Source: Oikopleura dioica
Lineage: Eukaryota; Animalia; Chordata
Direction: 5' to 3'
Assembly (NCBI GenBank): GCA_907165135.1
Contig: OU015570.1
Span: 1,628,489 to 1,692,488 of the forward strand
DNA length: 64,000 nucleotides
Positions 22,050-34,763 of this stretch are shown here, one piece after another (the stretch's first letter is position 1; each line of letters begins with the position of its first letter). Below the pieces are notes generated by a model. That model worked only from the letters and a program-made list of their open reading frames with translations. It was not told the origin of the DNA and did not search any database. The translations under genes and the position numbers were made by a program.

Positions 22050-25000
22050 ATGACCCTCACAGATGTTCCTGCCTTCATGGCGGAAGCCTACTGTCTTGAC
22101 AGCAGTGGCAACCACCTGGGAGGCATGGTTTATTCAGAAGTCTTGCTTGATACGGGTGCAATGCTTGGAGCTATTGACTCACGGCACCCTTTTGCAGAAT
22201 ATGGCGTACGACATAATAGAACAATTGACATTTCGGCGTTCACAGATAAACTTACATCACAAGAAGAAATCATAACGGTAGACATTAAAATCGTGGATGG
22301 TAGAACCAAAGACGCACTTGTATCATCAGTGACACTTTTGGTATTAGATAACCTTGCTAGAGAAATAATTCTTCCATACTCAGTTATTTCAAATTTCGAT
22401 CTAAAATTTGGTCCCAGATGGTGTTATCTCTATAACAAAATTTCGGAAAAGAGTCATGCTCTGAGGCTGCTCACAGCTGACACTGTGGAAATCTCGACAC
22501 AGATTTGTTTAGAACCACAAGCGCAGCAAGAGCTGGATAACACTGGTATTCCAATTGAAACCGATGGCAGAGTTCAAATGGCATTTCTCGGAAAATATGA
22601 AGAAAGAACGGACCTCCCAGTAATCTCTCATGGAGAGAAATCGATGATCATCAATGACTCAACGGAAGTGCTAAAAATACCGGCAGGGACAAAGCTCTGC
22701 CTAATACGACCAACGTTGCAAGAGGAACGCTTGCTTGAAGACGTTGAAGAATTTCGAAATAGACCACACCTACGTAAATATCAAAACCTTGATCCAAAGG
22801 ATGTTAAAGTAAAACTAGACCATCTCAATGGCCGGCTTAAATGCATTACTGAAGAATTCGTAGAAGAATTCCATTATATATTTGCTAGAAATGACAAAGA
22901 CATTGGTCCAGGATTCCGTTTAGGATATCCCTATAAAATAAACAAAACTACTTCGCAGCCTCAACCGAGGAAGTACATTCCAGTCGCCCAGAAATACGAA
23001 GATTTTCTCCAAAATCACATTAATTCACTTGAAGATCAACGAGTAGTTGAACAGATACCCAATTTGGATGTCATCACGGCGTCTTGGGTCATAGTTCCAA
23101 AGGGCAATGATAAATTACGACCTTGTTTGGACCTCCGTCCACTAAATAATATAACCATTGCGGATAAAAATTTTCCCCTACCACCACTGCAGAGCATTCT
23201 ACAGGAGCTCTCGGGACACAGGTATAACAGTTCATTAGACCTTTCATCGGCCTTTCATCAGTTCGTTTTGCACCCAGATGACAGGCATCACTACATTTCT
23301 GTCGCCTCAGCGACAAGCCTACCAGTATCGTCGAATTCCGTTTGACGGTAGGCTTATCACCTCGTTGTTACAATCACTCATCACGATTGTGCTGGCGGAA
23401 AACGAGAAAAACATATGCTGCTATGTAGATGACATATCAATTTATGCCGACACAGCTGAAGAGCACAACGACGTCCTCAGACGGTTCTTTAACAAGCTTG
23501 GTGATGCCAATCTTGTCCTTAACCCATCAAAGACAATTCTTCTCAAAGAAAAACTAGAAATATTTGGCTACACGGTGGATCGAAACGGCTACAAGCCGTC
23601 AAAGGCAAGAATTGACAAACTTTTGACACTCTCCATACCGGAATCGTCCACTGCAATGCGCAAGGCGATCGCGACGTTTGCATATTTTCGCCCAACTTTC
23701 ATGAAATTTGCGGAAATGGCGCGACAACTGTTTGAATGGGCGCAACCTGGTTCAAAATATAATCCGAAATCGAAAGAGGCAAAAGAAGCGTGGGATGCAC
23801 TCCTCAGATGCACAGCGAACAGCGTTTTGCTTACAAAACCAGATCTCAATCAGCGTTTCACCCTTCGATCGGATGCCTCAACTTATGCTTATGGAAGCGT
23901 TCTGTCTCAACAGATTGATGGACAAGAAAGGATTATTGCTGTGGACAGTCGTCAATTCACAAAAGGTCAAAGGTCCTGGTCGATTCCGACGAAAGAGTTG
24001 TGGTCAGCGTTCTCAGCCGTTCGCTTTAACGCTAACCTGCTCACAGGGAGACGATTTACTTTGATAACGGACAATCAGTCCGTAGTTCATGTTATACGAG
24101 GAGCAAGGAACCTGGAAATAACAACTTCAAACCCAATTGCTAGATCAATCATATACTTAAATATGTTTGAAATAGATGTTAAGTGGTCTAAGGGAACTGA
24201 TGCAGATTTTCACCTTACTGACTTGCTCTCAAGAAATAAGATTCATCTTAACTCCCCAGTTAGATTAGGAACTAAGTCAAAAGAGCCAATTCTACAAGTA
24301 AAAGATATCTATGATACCTGGATTAGTGTAGACCCCCAAGATAAAGAAAAGGTGACAGATGTGGCAAGGAGGGACTACCGACAAGAATCATCAACCAGTA
24401 CTGTAATAACAACAATGAACGTGACTATTCCGGAGGCTCAGATTAAAGTAGCAGAGCTACAAAAGAAAATCAAGAAATCACAGCATGATTGCAAGAAAAC
24501 ACAAAAACGGATAAGGAAGCTTTTGAATAATGAAAAGGTGCCTGGGTTTAAGACAAAGATGGACCCGGAGATTGGACGCAATATCTTATTCAAAGGAGAT
24601 CAAATTGTTGTGCCAAATCACGAAGTTTGTAGCCTGATTGCACAATTACATAATCATACAACAAACAGGGCCATTTTACAACAGATGGAATTGCTCAATC
24701 TGTGGTTTGAGAACATGACGCGTACTATCACCGAGTTTGGACTTTCCTGTGAAATCTGCACCCGTCGGAAAGCGGTGGCTCGTCATCCAGTTAAAATTGG
24801 TCAAACGATAAACCTGGTAACTGAACCTTTCCAGCGTTGCCACTTGGACAATCTTGTTTGCAAACCCTACTACATCATGGTCGTGAGAGATCATTTCTCT
24901 GGGTACACTGACATGGCCGCCCTACATTCTGAAAAACTTGGAGACACATTGGAGACAGTGACTAAATTAATGCTCAGAATGTCGCTACCGAAGGAAGTGG

Positions 25001-25857
25001 TTTGTGATAATGCAAAAACGTTCAAAAGTGAACAATTCGTGGATATGATGACCAACTTGGGGATTGCTCTGACATACATAAGTCCGAAAAACTCAAGAAG
25101 CAATGGGAAAGTCGAACGGATAAATCGGACTATCGGCGAAAGACTTGCGACTCTGACAGGGAATAATACGTTACCGTTACTCATGACGCTATCAGAACTG
25201 GACACGATATGTGCTCTTATCGCGTTTGAGGTTAATCATACGAAGTCAAGGACGAGCAAGTTCGCACCAATTACAATCATTACAGGACAACTGCCAAACT
25301 TCGGAATTCGTCTGCCGCGGAAGGCATTTCATGCCTCTCAAGAGGCGTACATGAAGTGGCTAACAGCTCAACTTTCGCGGATCCGACAGACTCTAATAAA
25401 AGACTTAGATGAAGCAATCAATGAGGAGGCTGAAACTCTACGGATTCGACTAAAAGAAAATGACCGAGTCCGGATTAAAACTGATCCCAAGCCTGGTATA
25501 CCAAAACGAGCAAGGGAGCGATGGTCAAGTGAGACTTATAGGATTGTGAGACTTCATCCAGAACAAAATTCACTCACGATACAGAAGGAAAACGACACGG
25601 GTGATAAACGGTTGCGGGCACCAAGATCGACCGTGGCAATCGACAGAGTAAGAAGAATAACTGACGAAAATGAATTGCGAGAGGAGAAGTCGCGTGATGA
25701 AATAACAGAAGTAAATGAAGACGAAACAGCCGAAGTGAAGAAAAAGGGGGCCCCAAGGAAAAGAGTGACATTCAAAGACATCGATGAGAGAGCAAAGGCT
25801 CCGGTGAGGTATAATTTGAGAAGCAAAAGCCGGTCTGATCAGCCGACTAAGAAATAA
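22050..25857 (+). pseudogene. pol: pol of element A, one frameshift near 23290
   Basis: LLDTGA; YRRIPF..YVDDI; RSDAS..KEL..TDNQS..TDLLSR; HNH..CEIC, HLDNL..CDNAKTF..GKVER. Confidence 0.95.
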
Positions 25858-26120
25858 CTTTGACGAAAGTTCATACCACCGTAAAAGACACCGGCTTGTA
25901 AACATAAAAGAAAAACGCACTTCAAAGTAACTCATTACATAAAATTAATTTTAATTACAACCTGTCGTAAAAATGAGATCAAAGACCTTGATGTAAAAAT
26001 AACTCTGATGGTTATGGTCTTGGTCAAAGCATACACATACCGCCTGTTACCGGTACCACGCCCATCATTAAAACTTATCATATAAAGATCTCTTCAAACA
26101 AACTAAGCTCACTTCCACTC

Positions 26121-28661
26121 ATGAGACGTCAAACAAAACTAAAATGGTTCTTTTTCAAATTACTTCTAGTCATAACCGCTCAAGAGAAACCCCTCCAAAC
26201 ACAAATGGAAGAGCCAGAACTCGTTACACCAACGAGCGTGAATACAACGAGAAACCAATTGTACTCCCCAACAAACATTAAGACAAAGATAATCGCACCT
26301 TTAGGTTTAGCCCTTGTTCTAGAACCCCAAAATACTACCTTACTAATAGAAAATTACCAGCCAGTGAAAAAGATCTTTCGTTTGAACTTCCTATTTTGGA
26401 ATCAATGTTTGCTCACTGTGATGCTGAAATGCTAGAGACCATAAAAACTCAAATTGATAGCGATGAAAATTTTAAAGAGGTCTGCAAACAGGCCCTAGCT
26501 CTTCGACAGCAATTCCTAGCGGAGATTAAGGAAGAAAGTGGATATTCAAGAAAAAGGAGAACAACACAAAAAACGGTGATCTCAATCATGCAAACAAAAC
26601 CTTCTAGTGAAACTGACAACAAACTTAGATGGACACCTCACCCGAATGATGTAATATTAACAAGCTGGACTCCTCCACCAACTATAGATAATAAAAATGA
26701 TCGTGTTATTGAAATGACAGCACCGTCAATTCGCTCGACAGAGCCGCCGGAAGATAACAAGCTTAGATGGAGTCCGACGACTAAAAGGGCAACCACAACG
26801 ACAACAGAGGCGCGCGTAGTGACAACAAAACCATCGACCACAACAAGAATGACAACCACGAAATACACTACAAAGCGTACGACCGTAAAATCGGAAAATC
26901 GATCAAGAAAGCAGCCCAGAACATCAAAAACAACAACAACAACAAGACGCCCAAAGACAACGAAGCGGCAAAACACAACAAGGCGGACAACAACGACGAC
27001 AAACCGCCCAAAAACGACAAAACGAGCGGAGCCCACCACGACTAAACATAGAGAAAGGGTACTTCCAACAGTAGGCTATTTTCCGGACAAAAATGCAAGG
27101 TATCATCGAGGTACGTGCATTAAGGACAACTCTCCAGTTGACTCCTACTGGCTTGGCGAGGTTGTTGATTGCACTGCTGAAGACTGTGAATGCTGTAGTC
27201 AATACACCTGTAAGTATGGGCTTCAAGTTGAGCATATAAAAGACTTGCTAACATATATGGCAGAAAATGGGCGAGGCGACCTTCTATATAAAGCTCAACA
27301 CTTTTGTTTTGGCTCTCCAGCCTATTCAAGAAGGAAAAGATCAATGTCTATTTTTCAGTATTGGTCGCATGGGGAGCTCTCTCCCCTCCAGTATCAATAC
27401 AGAGGTGAAGAACCTCCGGGAAATGGAGGATGAGAAAATAAGCAAGTTGGCGAAACAAATGGTCACCTCAAGTGACTTGACCACTTCGATTAAAAGTGAA
27501 GATGCTAAAATAAGTCTTCTCAAAGACAGTTTATGTGTAGCCACTACTGACAATGTCAACAATCTGAGGCTCACAGAGCTTCGTCTCACCTATTCTGACC
27601 TAGCTTCAAAAATTGAGCTCGCGATAAGGCGATGCTCGGGTGGCTCACTACCCAATGGCTTGCACTATAAAGTGTTAGCTCATGCCTGCAGCCATTTGAA
27701 TCCCTCCAAGATCATTGCTTGCTCGAATCCCGAGATTCTGGAATCAATGAAATGTCAAGTAGACACAGTTCTTATTGGTGAAGATAAAATCGATGTAAGA
27801 ATCAAGGTCTTGATTCCGATATTTGTTCCGAATGAGACTATCACCTCAATTTGAACGTTTCCTTTTCTAGACCAGAGTAGGCAACTAAAACAGGTTCATG
27901 ACTTACCACGTCACATATCAGTCACAAAAACTCATATTTTCAAATCAAACTGTGACCTTCAGGATAATCGCAAATATGCGATTTGCACTCTTGCGGACAA
28001 TCTTGAGCCTTTGAATCTAAAATGTATTAATGCCATCCTTGGAGGAAATGAACACTTTATAAACATTTTTTGCAAAACAATTCCATATACTGGAGAATCA
28101 TGTCTCGTGAGTAAACTACCTAGAGGAATGGGACTAGGTGTTTGGAGTATGACCCCACTTCCAGTTTCATATAAATCGGATGTTGAAAACATGTTAGGGA
28201 AGACGATCGATGTGATTCCTCCAAATTCACCGACAATATTAACTACTTCTGGTACATTTATAACATGCTCAGGAGTACCTTTTGACGTCCCAGAAGAGTC
28301 CAAAAATATTGAACTCAATATAGTTCAGGACTTAGAGGTACACTTGCAGGATGTTCCACTCTTGGAAACGGATTTACATCTGCTTCAGAAGAGAATTTCC
28401 TCTCTGGCAGTTAAACAGGAACAAGATCACCGAAACCAAGTAAACAAAACTTCAACTCTTATTACGTCCATTTTGAACATCGAGCCTAAACATGAGGGAA
28501 CGGCTCGGATAGTTTTTAAATACTTACTACTATTTGCAATCTTAATCTTAGGATACATCTTCCTAAGATGCATATGGAACTCGTTCCAAAAATGTAAGAA
28601 AACAACTCAAACAACCATTGCTAATTTCAGAACCAATCAGATGAGAGACACGTCTGTGTAG
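26121..28661 (+). pseudogene. env: env-like type I membrane glycoprotein of element A (frameshifts near 26400 and 27390; TGA at 27852)
   Basis: Hydrophobic signal-like N-terminus; furin-type sites RKRR (26549) and RRKR (27329); Thr-rich mucin-like tract; Cys cluster; heptad-like stretch after the second site; C-terminal TM IVFKYLLLFAILILGYIFL (~28509-28577). Confidence 0.85.
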
Positions 28662-29686
28662 AATATTCAGATAAAAATCCCCAGCTTGCTTAAAGGGTAA
28701 ACTGCTTATAATTATCTTTTTTTAAATGAACGCACCTTCATATTCGTCAATTGTTATTATCACAGAAGGTTTATTAATTTTCACTAAAATGAGTGACGCG
28801 AAAACTATAAAATGCTTCTAGACCAAAGTTGAACCCATAACTGGAGTAACGATATTTGATTATTTCTTTAAATGCTAATGAAATGCTGCTTTAAGTAACA
28901 CGAGAAATCAAGGATGAAAACAAGGCTTAAAAATAAAAAATATGTATACAATTATGTGCTTATCATTACTTTTATCTATGCTGCTTGCCGTAGAAAAAGA
29001 AAAGAAAAAAAAATTAAAAATATAAATATTAAGATAAAAAAAAAAGATACGAGAAATAAAAAAAAAACGAAAAAAACCTGTACATAATGTATAATTTAAA
29101 CTCTGTTTTAACCTGCTTGTCAAGATTATCATCGTTTTGATAACCTGTATATACTGTATATAGTAATCTAACTTAATTCTTTAAATCATTATCATAATCA
29201 TCAGCTGGTGCAGAAGGATTTTATTGAATCCACTGCAAAGCTGAATTTCTTCAATTTCCACAAAGTTCAATTATAACATGAAAACAGTTCAAAGCAAATT
29301 ATTTTTCACTGCCAATTGTACATTTCTATTTTCACTGCCAATTGAAAATTATTTATTTTCACTGCCACTTGCCGACATCAAAGATCATTTTCTTTCCGTC
29401 ATAAAACTTAATTATCTTCTTTTATGTTAAAATAATTTCCCTTGCTTTATACATGAAAGCATTCTTCAATTTACAACCAGCTTTGCCACTGCCAATATTT
29501 ATATTTAAAAACTCATCAAAATCAAAAGATAGGCCAATAAGGGCCTCACCCCTCGTAAAATGTGCCACTTCAAAAAAAAAATACCACGATGTCACATCAG
29601 TTGCTCTCAACTAAATTAAAAGAAAAGAGTGAAAAACAGAAAAGGGACCTCTGTCCCGAGAAACGAAAAAAAAAAGAGAGTCAAGG

Positions 29687-30922
29687 ATGTATGAAGATGC
29701 AGTAAACAGTCTTGTTTACCAGGAAAGAAGTTTAGCGACCCACCCAAACCTGGCAAGATGGATTTCGGGACCTGGCTTCTCAATTGCAGTATTCCTAGGA
29801 AGAGTTGCGGAGAGATTCAACTTAGCAGAACCGACAATACAGCCCCAAGCGGTCAACAGATTTGTGAAGAAAACAATGCTATTTTTGCATCCTGATAAGA
29901 ACCTAGAAGTGAACGAGGAACAGAGCGAACTACGGACCCGGTTGCTTTGCGTTAAAGGGCTAGTCACGGACAATTTCGAAATCATTTCGAAAATTGAGCG
30001 CGATCTGGAAGAGAAACGAAGAAGACTACAAGAACGAAAGAGGATGAAGGAACAAAGAGAACGCGAAAAAGCCGTAAAACAAGCGCAAGAAGAAAAGCGA
30101 AGAAAGGAAGAGCAAGACAGACTTAAAAAGGAAAAGCGGGAGCGGGAGAAACGACAGGCACAGGCAAAGGCCGAAGAAGAAGAGCGTAAAAGGAAAGAAG
30201 AAGAAGATCGTAAAAGAAAGGAAGAAGAAGATCGTAAAAGAAAGGAAGAAGACGATCGTAAAAGGAAACGAGAAGAAGAAGAAGAAGAACGTAGACGAAA
30301 GGATACTCGTAAACGAGAAGAAGATGGGTCAGAACGCGAAGGTAATAAAAATAATTATGGTCAGGAACGGAACGAATGGAACGGAAGCACAGAAGGAATG
30401 GAATGGGACTCGAACACAAATGAACAATGGAACAACAGACGACGCTATGAGCGGCAAAATATGAGAACGTCACGGGAACAGGAGGCATTAAGAAGAATTC
30501 GGGATTTTAGAAGAACCATTCAAGTCCCGCCCACATCTTCGATAGGACCACTCTTGGCCTTGGAACACTGTGAGTCTTTGATGGAACAGCTTCCTCAAGA
30601 ATATACAGTTGTGTACGAAAGTGAACTTTTCTTGGTCGTCCTAAAACAAAGACTCCAAATCCAGAAAAGATGTTTCGTCAAAACGCTTCTTCGGAACAAA
30701 GAAACATTAAGGAGTATTGGGAACGTTGGAACTCTGGAACTTGGTCGGCTTGGCCCGATCAATGTGGCGAATGTAAAACTGAACGATGGCAGAACTTTTC
30801 CAATGATTCAAAATATTTTTACACTCCCGAGTTATCTTTCGTCAAGGCGCATCTCAATGCAGCCGTGGACCCAACAAATTTACAATCTTGGCGAACGATT
30901 GTACGATATCGTAGAAGACTGA
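29687..30922 (+). CDS. ORF4 of element A: 411-aa protein with J-domain-like HPD motif, charged coiled-coil repeat and unknown C-terminal domain
   Basis: Intact ORF inside the TSD-bounded LTRs; QAVNRFVKKTMLFLHPDKN (HPD at 29888-29896); near-repeated RKRKEEED units. Confidence 0.75.
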   Translation: MYEDAVNSLVYQERSLATHPNLARWISGPGFSIAVFLGRVAERFNLAEPTIQPQAVNRFVKKTMLFLHPDKNLEVNEEQSELRTRLLCVKGLVTDNFEIISKIERDLEEKRRRLQERKRMKEQREREKAVKQAQEEKRRKEEQDRLKKEKREREKRQAQAKAEEEERKRKEEEDRKRKEEEDRKRKEEDDRKRKREEEEEERRRKDTRKREEDGSEREGNKNNYGQERNEWNGSTEGMEWDSNTNEQWNNRRRYERQNMRTSREQEALRRIRDFRRTIQVPPTSSIGPLLALEHCESLMEQLPQEYTVVYESELFLVVLKQRLQIQKRCFVKTLLRNKETLRSIGNVGTLELGRLGPINVANVKLNDGRTFPMIQNIFTLPSYLSSRRISMQPWTQQIYNLGERLYDIVED

Positions 30923-31092
30923 AGGAACAAAAACGAACAACATGAATTCAGATAGATGACCCTTTTTGATTTAAGACCCTATTCATTTTTTTTCTCTGTA
31001 CACTAACCTTTATTCTATTATAACTGTATCTGAATGTACTAACCATATACCACTTTCTGAACCTGTGTACATTTCCCCCCCGGAGCCCCGAG

Positions 31093-31299
31093 TGTAGTAG
31101 CTAACTCTCGAGTGTGGCGCTCTTCGGGAGCTGACTCTATTTTTATCACTTGAATTATGATCAGAGCTCTCTCGGATCAGGACCTCAGTCCAACTTACAA
31201 CCTGTTTCTGAAAACACCATCTCAAAATAAATCAACTTTTATAAAACAACTCTAGAGACTCATCATTTAGCAGACACATCTATTCAGCAGGTTACAACA
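31093..31299 (+). repeat. 3' LTR of element A
   Basis: TG..CA termini, AATAAA, followed by the AGAT TSD. Confidence 0.95.
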
Positions 31300-32700
31300 A
31301 GATTTGACTGCGCGGTCACCAAATTATGAGAACGAAAGTCTTGAAAGTTCGCTTCGACATATAGAGCGTTTCAATCGTAAATTAACGACGAGTGAAAGAT
31401 ATTGTCACAGTGCTGTTTTTATGAATATTCGGCTCCAAAACCCTTATGTTCGAGATGAATGGACTTACCTGCGTAATGTTATTCGAAGTAAAGTTGTTCT
31501 CAGTCGCTTAGGCTATAATTATTGACACTCCCACTGATTACAAAAAAGAGCAAAAATTGAAATTCTTGCGCCGCAATGCCATGATAAAATTTCCAATGTC
31601 GAAAATTATGACTTGGACAATGATGCCGGCGTTGTTTTCAATTATATTATAAGGGAAACAGGAGTTAACTTAAAATTTGAAAATTTTTTCAGCTAACGCT
31701 CAAAGGGATCAAGAGATACCAGATTTTATTGAAGCTTGGTCGCCAAAACTCGCTGAAATTCTTCTTGGTGATACTTAGGGACTATCACGGGAGCGCGAGG
31801 GCCCAATTTTCGCTTTCCCAACTACCCGAAATAGCCATTCATTTTTCTTGATTTTTCCGACAATATATGTTTTCTTACCTGCTGATTTCAAATATGATTG
31901 AAAAATTGGCAAAAAAATATTGAATATTATGAATAATATCGAATTTATCTTTCAAAGATCGAAAAAGTATAGAGCTCGTCTTGCCTCGTCATTCTTATTT
32001 TGATATGTTCTCTATCAGACCCTTCTTTTTAATCTTTCAAAAAATAAATTTACTTGGTTCTACTAGTCGGCCACAATCATCAGATTAGTAAGCAAAAGTG
32101 ACGGCGCGCTAGTGCTTTACACGCTGCGCGGGGAGCCCGAAAAGCATTAGCGCGCGCCATAATCTCAGTGGGTGCTTGTTTTGACCCAGTACACGGAATC
32201 AGATGCAAACAATACCGGGTGATTAACACAAAAAAGTTCCCGGATTTTTTTGTATAACCTTGCATCCCTTTTAGTTTTTTTTTTTGATGGCGACCAAACA
32301 GAAAGGGAAAATAATATAAGAGGAATTCTCCAAACGATCGAATATATTTCTCAAAACTATTTAACTCATCTTGATGAAAACGAGAGTGGAGGCGATCATG
32401 GATGGTTTCTCGTTTTGGCTAGAAAAGGATAATTGACCATTTTATTTGCTCAAGAGGCTAACAGTGATGTTTGCAAGTGCCTTTGTATTTTACCTGAGCT
32501 TGAGCGCGGGTACACTCTCTGAACTCGGGTCAAGCGTATTTGACAAGACGAACTGATTTTTGTTTTGGCTTTTCATCGCGCTTGTCATAGAAAGTTTTAA
32601 ACCTGCCATAAGAGAAATTCGATCGAAGGCACTGCAATGGGCGCTGTTGAAATTTTGAACTAAGAAAATTCATTCTCTTAAAAATAAATTTGCTGCAAAA

Positions 32701-33091
32701 ATGTCGCAAAAAGAAAAGAGAATCCGCATGACATTGGCCGAGAAAAAAAGATATGCAGAGATTATAGTGAAGACGCCGGAGAAGAGTGATGCAAAGAAGA
32801 TTATTAATGGGCTATTTCGAAAGACACATGATGGAAAAGACATTTCGACGCGGTTGGAGGTGGAAGAAGTACCACAAGTTCTAGTAAGAGAAGATGCCGA
32901 CGCTGAAAAGCCATCGACTTCAAAATCGCCAAAGAAGCAGCCGAAAATAACGGTTTTTTGTTAAAAAGTAAATCTGTGAATAAAAATTGAAAAAATAGTG
33001 GCCTAAAGTTGGATTTTTTCGGATGACAGATTTCGGAGATTTTTCAAAAAAGTGGCCTGAAGTTGCTCGGCCTTAAGTTGGGGTTTCACTG
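32701..33091 (+). mobile_element. pogo/Tigger-like internally deleted remnant (duplicated at ~40016-40409)
   Basis: KRIRMTLAEKKRYAEII resembles a CENP-B/pogo N-terminal HTH; right TIR TCGGCCTTAAGTTGGGGTTTCACTG (33067-33091) followed by TA. Confidence 0.6.
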
Positions 33092-34763
33092 TATCAATGG
33101 GCAATTTATAAATCTTTCTTTGAAAAAAGAAATACGGCTTACGCGGCGTCCACCCTAGCCGCGAGAGAAATGCCTGAGGGCGAATGCAGCGCTGTGCGCT
33201 TCGCGCCGCGCAAAAATGGTCAAAAATAGACCTTCAATCGTGAATTACAGTATGTTTGTCATCTGCTTCCCAAAATTTATCAACTGAATATTTTTCACCT
33301 CAATCGAAATAATATATTTATCAAAAAATTTTCTGGGAAGCTTGTGACTAACATGTATTTAACATATATTTCCATATATCTCTTCAACCCTTTAATTTTT
33401 TTCTCTAAAATATGTTTTTAACCTTTTAACAGATATATTAAACCTGTAAAAGTTTGAAAACAATACGATTTGTCTATCAAAAGATAGTATTTTTGGGCGC
33501 GAACGCTACAAACAGGGAATCTTCAATGTCAAGAAATCTCCATTTTTAGATGTAAACTTATGTTCATCATCATCATCCATAAGTGGTTCGAAATAGATTA
33601 CGACCTCTAAAAATTTGAGAGAACTTTTCGTAAACTGGAAGATATTGTGCTCGACGTCGCTCTCTGTGAAAGTGAAGAACTTGAAGGAATTCCATGTGGT
33701 TTCCAACAAGCATTTTGAAGGAAAATTATGAATGTCCTAGGGTTAGGGTTCCGCACGATTGGACCAAAAATTTATTTTTTAATAAAATTTGGAGATTCCA
33801 CCAAAAATATGCCAAGGAACTCATTCCTGGTCTCTGTTTTCCCCAAAAATCCCCCCTTCAGCCCTTTTTAGGGCTTCAAAGTAAATTTTGCCAAAGAGGC
33901 CTGCTGCGCGCTGATTGGCTGGCGCTCGTCGCGGGAATATAAATCGGGTAATGCTAACCACCGTCGACCTGGAGTTGGCTGAGTGGTGAGCGCTTCTCTT
34001 TGCAAAGAGGAGGCGGCGAGCTCGAAGCCAGCTCGAACGCACCCCCTTTTCCATGTTTGGCTTTCTAGCTTCAACATGGAAAACGCGGATGGGCCTCGAA
34101 AAAGAAAAATTCTTTTTGAGATTCGAGCTCACGCCCGTCCGCCAATCCTTTTTGAAGGACTGCGCTCACCACTCAGCCAACAGCTACTTGGGGGGTGGTC
34201 CCGTTTACCGAGTTTCGACTCGAAATTTCCGGAGTCAAAGTTTCCGGACATTTTTTGGATTTTAATCAATCCCCCCGATTTCGTCAACTTTGACTTCGAA
34301 CTACTTTTTTTGGTCGGTTTTTAAAGGTTTTTAAAGGATGAGGGCTCATTTTGAAAATAGCAAAGTTTCGAAATCTTCAAAAATGGGATTCTCAGATTAT
34401 TAATGAATTTTCTTGAAATTTTTACTTGTTTATATTCTGCCTATTTATGATATGCTTATTATTTATTATTTTCGAAATATTTTTTGCTTTATATATTATC
34501 TGGTTATTAGAATTTAGTCATTATAAATGATAGACACTTTAAAAAAGCGAAAAATGATCAGAAATAGCATCATTTGGGCCCAATTCTGATGGAAAATTTT
34601 TATTTTTGAAAAAGCGGCCAAATTTAAGCTTTCTATAGAGCCCTTATTCGTCTAATTCTATCGACTCTCAAAAGTGGAAAAATTGCGGGACCCTGCGAAA
34701 TTGAGTGAAAGAAAAAAGAGAAGTTATAACGACATAGTGATTTTCAGAATTTACATTTTAAAT

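Larger units (their letters stand above)
14042..31299 (+). mobile_element. LTR retrotransposon A (Ty3/gypsy, Tor-like) with gag-pol-env-ORF4
   Basis: 207-bp LTRs TGTAGTAG..TTACAACA; 4-bp TSD AGAT (14038-14041 and 31300-31303); PBS; PR-RT-RH-IN order; env-like ORF. Confidence 0.95.

Noticed and set aside
26638-27039. Long hydrophobic antisense ORF (also 25570-25935, 30123-30488, 36339-36842, 63234-63698)
   Set aside because: Shadow frames of biased-composition coding sequence on the opposite strand.
31300-31680. Host exons at the insertion site of element A
   Set aside because: Splice-like signals exist, but every joining tried hits a stop codon.
33738-33750. TTAGGG telomere-like repeats (also ~2093, 3670, 41062, 49768)
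   Set aside because: Only 1-3 units. At 33738 and 41062 they are the CCTAGGGT TSD abutting the TAGGGTT TIR; elsewhere they lie inside MITE-like DNA.
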